A stretch of DNA of 64,000 nucleotides, taken from assembly GCF_018350175.1 (NCBI RefSeq), contig NC_058372.1, positions 42,098,001 to 42,162,000 on the forward strand. Reading direction: 5' to 3'. Shown in pieces: positions 45,221 through 58,488 of the stretch. Below the pieces are notes generated by a model, which saw only the letters and a list, made by a program, of their open reading frames with translations, did no database searches and was not told the origin of the DNA. Every line of letters starts with the position of its first letter. The stretch's first letter is position 1. The position numbers were made by a program, and so were the translations under genes. The DNA comes from Felis catus. Lineage: Eukaryota.

Positions 45221-48200
45221 CCTCCGGCCCCGGGCAGCCCGTCGCCCTCCCTCCTGCCCCTCGCGGGACTGAGCTTCTTGCGTGTAGCAGGGGGGTCATG
45301 ATGGTGACCGAGGCTGTGCTGGGCACGGCGCGGGGAGCGGGGAGGCGACGGTGCGCGGGACAGAACCCATGGGGTCCGGATCCCCCGCCTTCCCTGTACA
45401 TAAAGAGACCGATGGGTGGGAGCGGATCGGGGGGGGGGGGGGGGGCTCCGGAGAATCCCGGCCCGGTCGGCTCTTCCAGCCCCGTCCCTGTCCTAGGGGG
45501 ACACCTCCCCGCCCTACACGCACACTCGAGATTTCCCGTCCAGCCTTTCAACGGATCTTCTGACTGTTAGTGGAGGCCGTGCTGTGGCACCGCGTGGGGC
45601 CCGTCTCCAGTGTGAGGCCCCTCGCTGTGCAGCTGGGGAGGTTTAGAGGCGTGGGGAAGGGAAATTGGGGCTTTCCTTCCATCGCTGCCCGGCCCCACCA
45701 GGGCCTCTCTCTACTGAGGTCGCCGTGGTTTGGTGAACAGCGGGGCTGGCTTCCAACCAGCTAATGAATTCAGTGGGTCTGAAGCCGGGGCCAGATGTCA
45801 GCCCCGATGCTCCATCTCAAAACCGTGCAAATGTTGCTATCCTCTTCTTGGCGCTGGCCCCAACCATCGGGGTTTCCTTTCTGCCACTCCCTTCACTGCT
45901 GTTTATCTCGCTGGGCCCCTGGAGTGTGGGTCCTGGAGGGACTGTGCTCACACTGCACACGTCACTCCCCCCGCCCCCCTCCGGCTCTCTGGCCCTAAAG
46001 AGCACTTGCCCAGAGAGGAGGGAGGCATAATGTGGAGGGCATGTACCTCAGTCCTTTCTCTAAACTCTGCAGCCCCCTGGCAGCAGCAGCCTCCTCACCT
46101 GGGTTCTGAGAGGGCTCTCCCTTCAGTTGGGGGGGTTGGGGGGTGGGATACCCTCCCCCTAGGCGCGTTCATTAAAGCTGGCCAACGTGTGTGGGTGGGA
46201 AGAGTGGGAGACAGACCTGGGTGACAAACTCTCGAAGCAGGTGGGATTCAAAGAGGAGAGGGCAGTGGAGGGAGACTGAAAGGGGTGTCTGGGGCAACTC
46301 TTGCTTCCCCAGACTTGGGGGGGGGGTGCAAAGGGTGGTTGTCCCCACACATTACCTCTGTAGGACTGAGGATGTCCTCACAAGCCCCAGCTGGAGAAAT
46401 GAACTCAAATCCAGTGGCAGGGTCAGAGGCAGGAATTCTCTAAATCTTGCCCAACCCCTCTGTCCTCCCCTATCCCATGAGCTGAAGCCCTGCAGTGGGG
46501 CCCAGAGGGGCATCCTGCCACCACCCAAGGGCGCTGGCCCCACGTCCTGTTCCCCTAAAGCTGTGACACCTCCTCTCCGCCACCACTCCCTCCCTGATGT
46601 GCTTCTGTGTGCATGTCTGCGTACAACCCCCTGCCCTCCCAACTCTCCTGCCAAAGTTTTCCCAGCAGACTTAGTGCCCAGGGATTGAGGTCACATTTCA
46701 GGCTGGAGAGGATAACCCTTGGGCGGCCGCCATCACTCACCCCTGATGCTCCTCGCTTTGCCCGAGCCATCAGAGCTCCTCCGTCCCCTCCTTCAGCCTC
46801 TGCCACCTTCCTCCAGCCTAGCCAGGCCTACACCTGCCAAGGACATGGCCTCCACCTATGCAACATCTCCTCTGGCTCCCCCTGTCCCCTTCCCTGGGGG
46901 ACTTGGGAGGTACAGATTGTGGGGACACCACGGCCCGTGGCCCACTGGGGTTGAGCTTTACTTTGCTGTAGCGACGGCTGAGTGGGAAGACAGAGGAGGC
47001 AGGAGATGGGGAGGCTTGGGCAGGAGGGAACAGCTGTCCGCTAGGTTTCCCTGGGCAGCAGGGGCCACCTGCCTGCCAGCACTGAACCTGCCTGGGCCCT
47101 GAGTCTGTGCTCCTCGGGGGCCTGGAGGTTGGAGCACCCCTCTTTGCCCTGAACAGACATCTGTGAGGTACAGGTGGTGGGAGCTGTGGCCGCAGGCCCC
47201 AGTCCTTGGCACCTGGATGTCATACCCTTGGGCGGCCTGGCCGCTTCTCGGCTCCTTCTCCCTCAGGCCTGTTCCTGAGACAGAGCCTGAGCTTGGGGGG
47301 GAGGGGCGGGGGGCACTATTATTAATTTTTGCCTGTATTGACCATTTCTGCCTAGGTCTTCTTACGCAGACAGCCTCACCTCCCACACACGCACAGACTT
47401 AGAGAGAAGCCAATTCTTTGGTCTATTTTCTTGGTAGCTTTATTGATTGCCAGGGAAAACGAAAACCAGAAAATTAATTAATCTCTAAAATTAAACTTTA
47501 CACTGAATGTTCTTGTTTCTCTAATTAGAACCTCTGCTAGCAGCTGTGGCTATGTACACACACACACACACACACACGCTCACACTCACACACACCCTCA
47601 CATCTACACGTGTGCACTCCAGAACTGTCAGAGGGTGTCAGGCACAAACAGACTCTAGGTTGCCCAGACAGGCACACAAGTGCAGTCACTCCCAAGCCCC
47701 CTGTGGTGCTCGGCTTGGCGCCTGCTTGGTGGAAGGAGTCCTTGGAGCGCGCAGGCACCCCTAGGCTGTGGCTGCAGCCCATGGCCCACCCTTTGGAAAA
47801 GACCACGAGGCTGGAGGCTCTGGGCCCCTCGGCGGGAGGAGGATGGGAGATGGGGGCTCAGCCTGACTCTCTCAGGTTCTCTGGTGGCCCCGTGGGTCAA
47901 CATGACTCCTGTGGGCAGCCATGGAGCGTCGCAGACTCGTGGAGGGCACCCGGAAGGCTCCATACGTGCGCGGGGACAAGGGCTTGAGGGGTGGGCTGGG
48001 CCTGGCTAGGGAGAAGACGGGTCTCTGTCAATTGGGTGCATCACACTGTGGCCTTTCTGTCGTGGATTTCCAAGCGCAAAGATTGTACAAATCAAACTGG
48101 TGGATAATAAAGTTGCAGATGACTCACCGACTTCCCTCCCCAGTGTGGCACCTCCAGCAGAAGCTCGCAGGGGAGGCAGGGAGTCTGAGCCTCTCCTGTC

Positions 48201-48376
48201 ACCTCTGTTTCCCCCTTCCGAGGTGTGTGTGTGTGGGGGGGTAGTATTAGTGGATGGCATGGCCTGTAGAATGGGATCACTTTGGCAGGTCGAATAATAG
48301 GGAGGCGGCATCTGCAGGGGTGAGGGTGGAAGAGCCAGGCAAAGCTCTGTGGTAGCCAGGGAAGAGAGACCATATA

Positions 48377-48436
<60 letters not shown>
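48377..48436. repeat. Compound (TG)n(GA)n microsatellite in TCTE1 3' UTR
   Basis: Seen directly; a similar compound repeat lies at 58442-58530. Confidence 0.93.
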
Positions 48437-48439
<3 letters not shown>

Positions 48440-48885
48440 CACGTGCACACTTGGACATGTTTGAAGGTCAAGAAGTCAAGGATCTGTTCAATAGAGAAGA
48501 AAATGGTCGGGAGAAGGGTCGGGGAGATGGGCGACCTCCATGGGACAGGCTGGGCTGGCACAGGCCTTCAGAGTCCTCTCTGCCTTCCCTAATCCTGGAA
48601 GAAGTCGGTCATTTCGGGGCATCTGGTAATATCCTGTCCCCGGGTATAGGAGATGGGTCCCACTTCATACCCCTTCGCTCCCCCTATCCCAGACCCCTCC
48701 TCTTCCTCACATCTTTATCCAAATGACCCTCGATCACTCACCCTAAGGATATCCGTGCTCTCCCCCTTTCTCCTCCCTCTAGACCAGTGTGGCACTCTAC
48801 AGCAGGCACGACAGAGGCATGAAATGAAGGATGGGACTGGGGCAGTGACCCAGCTCCAGCCATTGCCGCAGCCCTGTCCCCCATC

Positions 48886-51800
48886 TTATCCTGCAGGGTT
48901 CTCAGGGCCCTTGGCCGTGATTGGCGACAGGAAGCAGCTGGGATTCGGGGCCCGCTGGCGGGCTGCTTCCCGGTTGGCACAGAGAGCCCGGCCAATGAGG
49001 TACTCGCTCTCCTGGGCTACATCTGACAGGCGCAAGTCAAACTCTAGGAGGGTCCTGTTGTCTGACATGCCTTCCAGGAGCTGCTTCCCGCCATCCTGAG
49101 AGAGGAGTACAGGGAAAGGGTCATTTCATGTTACCACCCAGGATCACACACACGCACACACACCTACACGCTCTCTATAAAGATGTGACGAGTGGTGCCT
49201 GGGTGGTGCGGTCGGGTAAGCGTCCGACTCTTGATCTCGGCCCAGGTCACGATCTCACAGTGCATGAGTTCGAGCCCCGCATCAGGCTCTGTGCTGATGG
49301 TGCCGAGCCTGCTTGGGATTCTGTCTCTCCCTCTTGCTGCCCCTCCCCTGCTTGTGCTCTCTTTCTCTCAAAATAAATAAATAAACTCCAAAAAAAAATT
49401 AAAAAAAAAACAAAAAAAGATGTGACTAGGATAAGAGTTTCACAAAACAATGGTTAACCGATTTGCGCACCACATTACTGTGTTCGGTCCTAGGTGATCC
49501 TACCCTATTCCATTCTCTTCCGTAAAAAAAAATGGTGCTCAAGACATAGTAAATTGATTTTTCAACCCCAATGGTTTGAAAAACATCGCTCTGTGGCAAT
49601 GATGGTAATTCCACTCCTCTGGTCCAGCCATGGGTATGTGAGACAGATCTGGCTGATGACACGTGAGGAGGAAGTTTGGAGGGAGTGGCTTCTGGAAGGT
49701 TCTTCTCGCTCTGAAAAAGGAACAAGAGGGGTGCTCTCCCTTTTTCTGTCTCTGAGCATGACACTTTGTGAGGTGCAGCAGCCATCCTGGGACCATGAGA
49801 GAAGCACCTGACAGGACATGGCCATGTGGCCAGGATGGGCAGAGCAGACAATGGCACTAAGCCATTGAATTTACCAACTCCAGAACCCCCTTCCCTGGGG
49901 CTTCTGATTATGGGACATAAAGCTCNNNNNNNNNNNNNNNNNNNNNNNNNNNNNNNNNNNNNNNNNNNNNNNNNNNNNNNNNNNNNNNNNNNNNNNNNNN
50001 NNNNNNNNNNNNNNNNNNNNNNNNNNNNNNNNNNNNNNNNNNNNNNNNNNNNNNNNNACACTGTCAGCCCAGAGTCTGATGCGGGGCTTGAACTCACAAA
50101 CCATGAGATCATGACCTGAGCTGAAACCAAGAGCCAGACGCTTAACCGACTGAGCCACCCAGGCGCCCTCAACAGTCCTCTTGTTTAAGCCATTTCCTGG
50201 TTCAGCTATTACTTGTAGCCAAAAGCACCCCATCTGGAAACAGTGCGTGTGTGAACAAGGCTTTTCTGGCGAGGTTTGGTAGAGGTCTTTTATGTGAAAG
50301 ACTTCTATGGTTGTGACCCAGTAGTGTGTTGCAAAGTCAATTTAATGGGTTACGGACGCATTTTTAGAAAATGAGGCAGAATAGGGGCGCCTGGGTGGCT
50401 CAGTCGGTTAAGTGTCCGACTTCAACCCAGGTCATGATCTCACGGTTTTTGGGTTCGAGCCCCGGGTCAGGCTCAGTGCTGACAGCTCAGAGCCTGGAGC
50501 CTGCTTCGGATTCTGTGTCTCCCCCTCTCTCGGCCCCTCCCTCACTCATACTCCGTCTCTCAAAAATAAATAAACGTTAAAGAAAAATAAAAAAAAGGAC
50601 ACTGAAGGACATCAGTGCCTAGCATAGGATAAAACCCTGAGTAATAGTAACAGCTAGCGATACTGATGTCCTAGCCAGGGCTTTGCAATGTCACCTGCTT
50701 TACAAGGATAACTCATTTACTCCTCCCAGCAACAACACTTCGTAGATACAATTATTATCCCGATTTTACAGATGAGGACACGGAGGCCCCAAAGGGTGAA
50801 GTAATTTAGCCCAGTGAATGGCAGAGCTGGGATTAGAAGCAAGGAAAAGTCTGTGGTCTTAGCAACTATCCCGGAAGCATCCCGAGGCAGTCGGAGGCCA
50901 CACCCAGCCCCCCCCCCCCCCCCAGGCCCCAGGGCCTCTCCTGGGCCCCGCCTGCCCCAGAAGGTGCAGCTTACCAGCCCGATGTGGTTGCAGGACAGGT
51001 TGATGCTGGTGAGCGTGGTGTTGACGGCGAGCACCTGGGAGAGGAGGGTGGCGGTGGGCTCAGACAGCTCATTGCCCCCGAGGTGCAGTGTTGTGAGGCA
51101 CCTGTTGGTCTGCAAGGCGTGCGCCAGCGCCTGGCCGCCCTCATCCTCAATGCAGTTGAGGCGCAGGTTGAGGGAAATGAGGTTGGTGTTGTGTGCTAGG
51201 GCGTGAGCCAGCGACTGGGCACCAAGCGCGCGCACCTGGTTGTTGGCCAGGTTGAGCACTCGCAAACGGCTGTGGCTCAGCAGCTTGGCCGCGGCACGCG
51301 CGCCCCGGTCCCCGACGAGGTTGTGTGACAGGTCCAGCTCCTCGAGGGCCGGGTGATCCAGGAGGCTGCGAATGAGGACGCGTGCCTTGTCGTCATCCAC
51401 CTTGCTCCGGGTCAGCCTGAAGATCTGTGGGCAGGTAGAGGGCACGCAGCCGCTGGCAGTTAGGGATAATCTGCCTGCCTGCCTGCTTACCTACCTTCTG
51501 TGGGTGGGGGGGGGGCACAGGGAGGGCTGAAGTCCCGCCCACCTGATGTTGGCCCCCTGACTGGCTCTCGGGCAGGGCAGGCCTCCCCCGCATGGCAGAG
51601 CAATGCAGAATGGGTGGGCAGTCAGTAGCAAAAAAGCCGACCATTTATGGAGAAATCACCATGTGCTGTGCACGCTGGTAGAGCCTATCATGACCATCAC
51701 CTCTAACCCTCAGCATCCCAGTCTGGTAGCATGAGTTCTTTCCACGTTACAGATAGAAAATGAAAGGGGCGCCTGGGTGGCTCCGCTGGTTAAGCGTCCG

Positions 51801-54800
51801 ACTTCAGCTCAGGTCACGAGCTCGCGGTCCGTGAGTTCGAGCCCCGCGTCGGGCTCCGTGCTGACGGCTCGGAGCCTGGAGCCTGCTTCGGATTCTGGGT
51901 CTCCCTCTCTCTCGGCCCCTCCCCCACTCACACTGTGTCTCACTCTCTCTCTCTCTCTCTCTCTCAAAAATAAACATTTAAAAAAATAGTTAAAAAAAAG
52001 AAAAGGATAGCTTAGGGTGGATGCGTCATTTGCCCAGAACCCCGCAGCGATCAAGCCCCAGAGGCAGGTTTGGATCCAGGTCTGTTTGATGTCCCAGCCC
52101 CTCGCCGTGCCCGCTTCAGCTGGCTAAGATCTACCATGGCAAGGGGAGGAACTCTTGGAAGGAGGTGCCAGGGTGAGAGACGGGAAATGGGGGAATGGAA
52201 GGAAAAGAGGAAAGAAAGAGGTTGGACTAGCATGAGGAATTCTGGAGACGGGGGCCCTAACCCTCCCCTTCTCACCAGTCCCTCCCGCCCCTCCCTCTTC
52301 CTCGAGGCCTCTTCACGCTCTCCCCATCCTTCAGTCCTCAGCGTTCCCTACGTCCCTCTCAGCCAGCTTAGAGCCTCTCGTCCCTCTCGTCACTTCCTTG
52401 CACCTATCTGGCAAAGCTCCAACCGTGGAGCAACGCCACTCTCTAGTTTCTGCGTACCTGTGCCCGAGCAGCTGCTGAGATGGAAACGTCACACGACAGG
52501 ACTGATTCGTAGCGCTGGAGCCACCAGTCGACCCTCCGAGCCGTGTGCCAATTCAGCCCTGTTTCTCCGGACAACGCACTCTCTCGTACTCTGTAAAAAC
52601 GATGTCAACCTTCTCCAGCCTCCTTGCCCTTCAGGGGGCCACTCTACAGGTAAGTCTCCCCCTGCCTCCCCAGCCATTGAATGGGAACCATCGGTTTCCT
52701 AATCCCAAACACAAATCCACTGCTACCCACCATATCCACTCTCTCCTCTGCCCAGAGCCAACCGTCCCACTCGGTCCTCGACTCCACTCGTCTTGCCTTC
52801 TCAGGAACCTTCCTTGGTCAATGAACCTGTGGCTTTCTCAACTGCTTTCTTGCTATTGGATNNNNNNNNNNNNNNNNNNNNNNNNNNNNNNNNNNNNNNN
52901 NNNNNNNNNNNNNNNNNNNNNNNNNNNNNNNNNNNNNNNNNNNNNNNNNNNNNNNNNNNNNNNNNNNNNNNNNNNNNNNNNNNNNNNNNNNNNNNNNNNN
53001 NNNNNNNNNNCTCAGCACAGAAGCCGATGCGGGGCTCGATCTCACAAATGGTGAGATCATGACCTAAGCTGAAATCAACAGTCAGACACTTAACGGACTG
53101 AGCCACCCAGGTGCCCCCACATTGGTTTCATTTTATTTTATTTTATTTTATTTTATTTTATTTTATTTTATTTTATTTTAGAAATTCTTTGTTTTTAAAA
53201 TTTTTTTAAATGTTTATTCATTATTTTTGAGAGAGAGAGAGCGCTGGGGAGGGGCAGAGAGAGAGGAAGACGCAGAATCCGAAGCAGGCTCCAGGCTCTG
53301 AGCTGTCAGCACAGAGCCCGATGTGGGTGGGACTTGAACTCACGGAGTGTGAGATCATGACCTGAGCTGAAGTCAGACGCCCAACCGACTGAGCCACCCA
53401 GGCGCCCCCCCCCCCACACATTGGTTTTAAATGCAAGCAAGTTTCTTTTTAGGAAAACTCAAACCTTTCATCTATTACCAATTTCCCCTTCACCCCCTTC
53501 ACAGCCAAGTTCTTGAAAAAGCTGATCACAGCCATCCGGTTTCCTCACTTCCCACTCTCTCTGTAAGTCACTCCGATCTGGCCCCTGTTCCTAGCACTCC
53601 ACTGACAGTTCCAGCTCTGTGACCTCCGAGTTTGCTAAATCTGGTCCTCATCGTCATCCCCGCCCCCCATTGCTGCCTGCCCCTTTTCTTGACACACACC
53701 CCTCCCTTGTCTCTGCGACTCAAGGCCACGGCCCCCTTTCCCTCTTTCTCTGACTTTTTGGCAGGCTTTCCCTCTTGCAACCAGAATATTTGGGACCTAC
53801 TTTACTAAAAATTATTCGTTGTGTATTTGAATTCCAAATTTAACTAGGTGTCCTGTATTTTTATTTGCTAAACCTAGCGATCCTCTCCTGGTTGTAATTG
53901 TATGTTTACGTGATTGCTGATTAGAGCCCTTTATCCCACCAGACTGTTAGCTCCAGAGGGCACAAACGCATAATTTTGCTCACTGTCGAATCTTTAGCAC
54001 CTAGGACAGGGCCTGGGGTACAGCTGTTCCCCGGATGAATAAATGGCCAGTGAGCTGGGAGGACTGTGCCTTGCTCATCTCTGCATCCGCAGAACGCAGC
54101 TTGGTGCCGGTGCATAAAAGGACACTTGGTCCGCGAATGAGAAGGAAATGGGAGGGGGAAGATGGCGATGGGGGAGGAGGAGGAACCCGGGGAGAGGAGA
54201 GGGAATCCAAGGGGCGCAGAGAATGGGAGGTGGGGGAAGGCCCGGAGGTACCTTGAGGGTGTGGCATGCCTTGATGGTGGCCGCCAGGGAGTGGCAGTCG
54301 CGATAGGTGAAGAGGAAGAGGTTCCACTCGAAGTTCATGCCGCAGTCCTTGACCCCGTACACCAGGTCCAGCTCCTCCAGATGGCTCAGGCCGGCCACCA
54401 GGTCTCCCAGTTGGTAGTGGTCAGTGGCGGGCTCCTCCACCTCTGCCTCGCTGCCGGAGTCGGACAGTTCCCCGCTCCGGGGTCGGGGCGGGAGCTTCAT
54501 GGGCGGAAGGAACTGATCCACACGGAGCCTGCGCACATAGTTCCTGCAGAGCGGCAGCAGGTCGAGGATCAGCGCGGGGTCCGTGGTGCTGGGGATGAAG
54601 TGCTTTAGCAGGTTCTCCAGGTGCCGCTCGAAGAACATGCGCTTCCAGCTGCCGCCGTGCTTGGCCACGTGGCACACGGGCCAGCGCTGCGTGCAGCAGC
54701 GGCGCCAGTAGCTCTCGTCGTCGATCAGGTTGGCGGTCACAGCCAGCGGCAGGTCGGGTGACAAGTGGTCCAGGACCTTCTGCTTGTGCTCCGGAAGCAG

Positions 54801-56073
54801 CTGCTGCAGGATAGGGTTGTCTTTGGGGACAGGAAGGAAAGCAGGAGTCACCGTGTGGGGGACGCCACCGCACGGTGCCCTGGGGCTGGGCCTACCTGGG
54901 GGCCCTGAAGAAACGGAAGACCCTCCCCGGCCCTCGGGGAGCCCCAGTCTGAGAAGGGAGACAGCCTTTACTGTCAGGGATGCCCAGTCTGAGGGAGGAG
55001 ACACAGCCCTTGACTTTGGGGTGTTCCCTGCCTGAGCCTGGATGTCTTAGTATCTGGTTTCTGGGAGCCCCTAGTCTGAGCCAGAATCTCAGGACTGGCC
55101 CTCAGTGATCACCTAGTCTGACGGAGGAGATAATCCTGAGTTCAGAGACTCCAAAATGATTTGATTCGTTCATTTCAAAACAAAAAACTTTTTGAGCATG
55201 TCTTGTGCACCAGACGCTGTTCTAAGTGCTGAGGATACAAGAGTGAACAGAACAGAGGAAGCCACTCCCTCTTAGGAGAGGAGGCAGACAGTAAAAGAGT
55301 CCAGCGAAAATATTGTAGGTCGGGTGGCGATAGGTGCTGTAGATAGAATGACGGCCCTGTCCCCGGAGGGCTCCCCATCCAGTAGGGGAGGCTGGCAACT
55401 CATCTTTAAAAAGGATGAACATTTACAGAGCAAACATCGAGTACAGAACAAACTAAGAACCTATACATGCTGTGGAAGGAGAGTGTGGAGGATAGTCAAC
55501 CAGGGAGGGCTTTCTGGAGGAGGAGTTCAGTAGATATGGTTCGGGCTGGGTTTTGCTGGAGAGAGTGGGAAAGGTGAGGGGACGGCATAGACACAGAGGG
55601 CACGGTGCGGGTGGGAATCTGGTCGCTCTGGCCCTGGGAAGGAAGGGCAGTGTTGAGTGGGGGATGAGGACATGGTGTGGGAGGGCAGGGGCTGCCCCAG
55701 GCCCCAGCCGCTCAGGCCTTGCCTCCAGGAGGTCCCCACCCACCCCTCCCCGCTCGGAGCCTTTCCCTCCCCGCCCAACTGCAGGGACAGACTCACTCTG
55801 GAAGTTCTCGACAATGTGCTGAATGCAGAGCTCTGTGAGGAGGGGCACGATGGCCAGCGACCACTCAGGATCCTCAGCGATGATCCTGCGCATGCGACCT
55901 CCACTGGCCCCAGTACTCCAGCCCTTGGACTTGCTAGGGGGTGGGATGATGGAGGGCCTTGAGGGCTGTGGGCCTGTGCTGGAGGTCTGACCTGCAGTGG
56001 AGGACTTGTCCTGGGTGGAGGTGGAGAACCGGCTCAGGGCCGACGAGGTCGGTGTGCCTAGAGTTGCCTGCAT
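48886..56073 (-). CDS. TCTE1: T-complex-associated testis-expressed protein 1 / dynein regulatory complex subunit 5 (LRR protein), 501 aa
   Basis: Minus-strand exons 56073-55797, 54820-54252, 51424-50975, 49095-48886; total 1506 nt. Contains RMRRIIAEDPEWSLAIVPLLTELCIQHI, WKRMFFERHLENLL and LRRs (LEELDLSHNLVGD, LRVLNLANNQV, LISLNLRLNCI). Two further in-frame ATGs at 56082 and 56091. Non-coding exon 1 probably lies beyond the window. Confidence 0.96.
49191..49418 (+). mobile_element. CanSINE with TSD AAAGATGTGAC
   Basis: ggtgcctgggtggtgcggtcgg head, CT-rich region and A tail; AAAGATGTGAC flanks both sides. Confidence 0.85.
49590..50230. mobile_element. MLT1 (MaLR) LTR fossil interrupted by a CanSINE and an N gap
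   Basis: gcagccatcctgggaccatgag...; tttaagccatt...ttacttgtagccaaaagca resemble MLT1 ends. A similar element lies at ~61780-62160. Confidence 0.55.
50383..50597 (+). mobile_element. CanSINE
   Basis: ggggcgcctgggtggctcagtcggttaag head through aaaataaataaa tail. Confidence 0.9.
51766..52000 (+). mobile_element. CanSINE
   Basis: ggggcgcctgggtggctccgctggttaagcgtccgact head, (CT)n, A tail. Confidence 0.9.
53011..53410 (-). mobile_element. Two adjacent CanSINEs with a (TTTTA)n tail
   Basis: Reverse heads ending ~53118 and ~53408; CACATTGGTTT repeats on both sides of the second copy; (TTTTA)n at 53130-53180. Confidence 0.8.
53785..53885. mobile_element. hAT-family MITE fragment (MER53-like)
   Basis: tttgggac...aaattattcgttgtgtatttgaattccaaatttaactaggtgtcctgtattttt; family name assigned from memory only. 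Confidence 0.5.
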
Positions 56074-56721
56074 GCTCTGCATTGGCAGCATGGGCGCAGG
56101 TGGCCCCTTGGTGATGGCCTTGTGACGGGGAGGCTCTCAGACCGGCAGGCCCTCGATGCCCATGGGACCCTGGAGGGAGGGGAGGGGTAGAGGTGTTAAC
56201 CCTGGAGGACCTCGGTGGGCATTTCGCAAGAGGGCAGCACAGAGTGGTTCTTAAGGGTCCATCTCTGGGGTAGAGCAGAACCAGGCACAAATCCCGCCGA
56301 CTAGCTACGTGGCTCTGGGCGAGTGACTGAATCTCTTAGTCTCATGTGGCTCCTCTATGAAGTGAGGATAACAGTCATCGGGAAGAGGAGGGGGAGAAGT
56401 GAATAAAATAATGCATCCAAAGAGGCATAGTATCCTGTCTGCACTAAGGAGCAGGCCCTCATTGTGGATAATAATACCTACACAACAATTGTAAGCAATT
56501 GATATATGTTGGACACTTTTTTTTAAAAAGTTCTTTAGGCATCTTAACTCATTTAATCCTCACAAAAGCCTTTTGGGGATAGGCACTCGTATTTTTCCCG
56601 TGTTTTCTGCTGCGAACCGGAAACAGAGAGGTTCATTGACTTGCCCCATGTCACACAGCTTATAAATAACAAGGGTGGATTTCAACTCAGTCTATCAAGT
56701 TCATCCTTAAAAAAATTTTGT

Positions 56722-57675
56722 TTTAATTTATTTTTGAGAGAGTGCAAGCGGGGGGGGGGGGTTGCGCAGAGAGAGGGAGACAGAGGATCTGAAGAGGGCT
56801 CTGCACTGAGAGCAGCAAGCCTGATGTGGGGCTCGAACTCACAAACCATGAAATCATGACCTGAGCCAAAGTCAGAAGCTCAACTGACTGAGCCACCCAG
56901 GGGCCCCCATACCCCTTTTTTCCCCCTAAGATTTTATTTTAAGCAATCTCTACACCCAACGTGGGGCTCAAACTCATAACCCCGAGATCAAGAGTTGCCT
57001 GTTCTACCAATGGAGCCAACCGAGCACCCCTCAAGTTCATACTCTTAACCCTACATTGTACTGTCCGTCTGAGGGTGAGGGGTGGGGGTGTGTATTGCCA
57101 AAAGACCAAGGTATAATAAAGAACCATTTAGTTCAAAACAGCTCCGGGGCACCTGGGTGGCTCAGTCAGTTAAGCAACTGACTTGGGCTCAGGTCATGAT
57201 CTCACGGTGCGTGGGCTCGAGCCCCGTGTCAGGCTGCTGACAGCTCAGAGCCTGGAGCCTGCTTCAGATTCTGTGTCTCCCTCTCTCTGACCCTCCCCTG
57301 CTCGTTCTCTGTCTCTGTCTCTCAAAAATAAATAAACGTTAAGACAAAAATTGAAAAAAAACCCTACAGCTCCTGGGGTTAAGTATTTCACAGAAAAGCA
57401 ACTGCCTGATCAGGGGGATGGGGTTGGGAACAGTACCGGCAGATAGAAATATAACGCAGGTCAAAATTCACGTACACTATTTGCAATTTCCTAGCATCCT
57501 CGTTAAAAAAGTAAAGAGCGGCACCTGGGTGGCTCAGTCGGTTAAGCATCTGACTCTCGATTTCTGCTCAGGTCATGATCTCACGGTCATGAGTTCGAGC
57601 CTGGAGTCAGGCTTCATTCTGGCAGTGCAGAGCCTGCTTGGGGTTCTCACTCTCCCTGTCTCTCTGCCCCTCTCT

Positions 57676-57733
<58 letters not shown>

Positions 57734-57762
57734 AAAAATAAATAAATAAACTTGTAAAAAAA
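56722..57762. mobile_element. CanSINE cluster upstream of the first TCTE1 coding exon
   Basis: Copies at ~56722-56908 (-), 56935-57030 (-), 57146-57360 (+) and 57520-57762 (+). Confidence 0.85.
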
Positions 57763-57764
57763 AG

Positions 57765-57942
57765 AGAAATGGGTGAAATTAATTTTATGTTTAACCCAAT
57801 ATGTCCGAAATATTATCACCGAATATGTAATCAATATGACAATTATTAATGAGATATTTTATATCCGTGTCTTTCATACTAAGCCTTCAAAATCTGATGG
57901 CTCAAGAGCCACACGTGGCTACTGGCTACTGTCTTGGATAGC
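57765..57942. mobile_element. MER3/MER33-like hAT-Charlie fossil
   Basis: tttaacccaatatgtccgaaatattatca...tgtaatcaatat...gccacacgtggctactggctactgtcttggatagc. Confidence 0.65.
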
Positions 57943-58444
57943 GTAGGCTGAGAGGAAGGAAGGGGGAACCAGACCCGTGCTCTGTCCAGGGTGCCAGTAC
58001 CTTCCCTGCTTCTTCTGCGAGGACTCTGGCTCCACACCCCACCCCCAACCTCCTGATCCAGTCTTCCTAGTTCTCCCAGCCTCCCGGCTTTCCAGACGGC
58101 AGCGGGGAAGGCGTGGGAGGCGAAAAGGCAGCTAAATCTGGGGCTGAAGACAGAAGACAGAGGATGGATCTGGGGCTGGGGACCCTCCTCCGCGTTTGTC
58201 CATTCCTGCCTCCTTGCTGCAGGTGGCCTCGCCCTGAGACTGCAGGCGGAAATGGGGCTGCTCGCACCTAGCTCCTCCTCCGGGCTGTTTCCCTTCAGAT
58301 TTGCTCCCTGACTCGGGTGTACTGTGTCGTGGCCAGTGGGAAGGAACACTCTGAACCAGCAAAGGTGTCCTTGACAGATGGAGGGGACCAGATGGTACTC
58401 CCCAGTCCACCAGGCATCTCAAGGAGGAGGAAGAGCCCGGCTGT

Positions 58445-58488
<44 letters not shown>

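Noticed and set aside
50383-50470. tRNA-like A/B boxes in SINE heads
   Set aside because: These are CanSINE internal promoters, not tRNA genes.
54573-54593. RE1/NRSE-like match (16/21) in a TCTE1 exon; half-site GGCGCTGTCC at 43285-43294
   Set aside because: Mismatches fall in the critical GGACAG core or only half the site is present; the first is explained by coding sequence.
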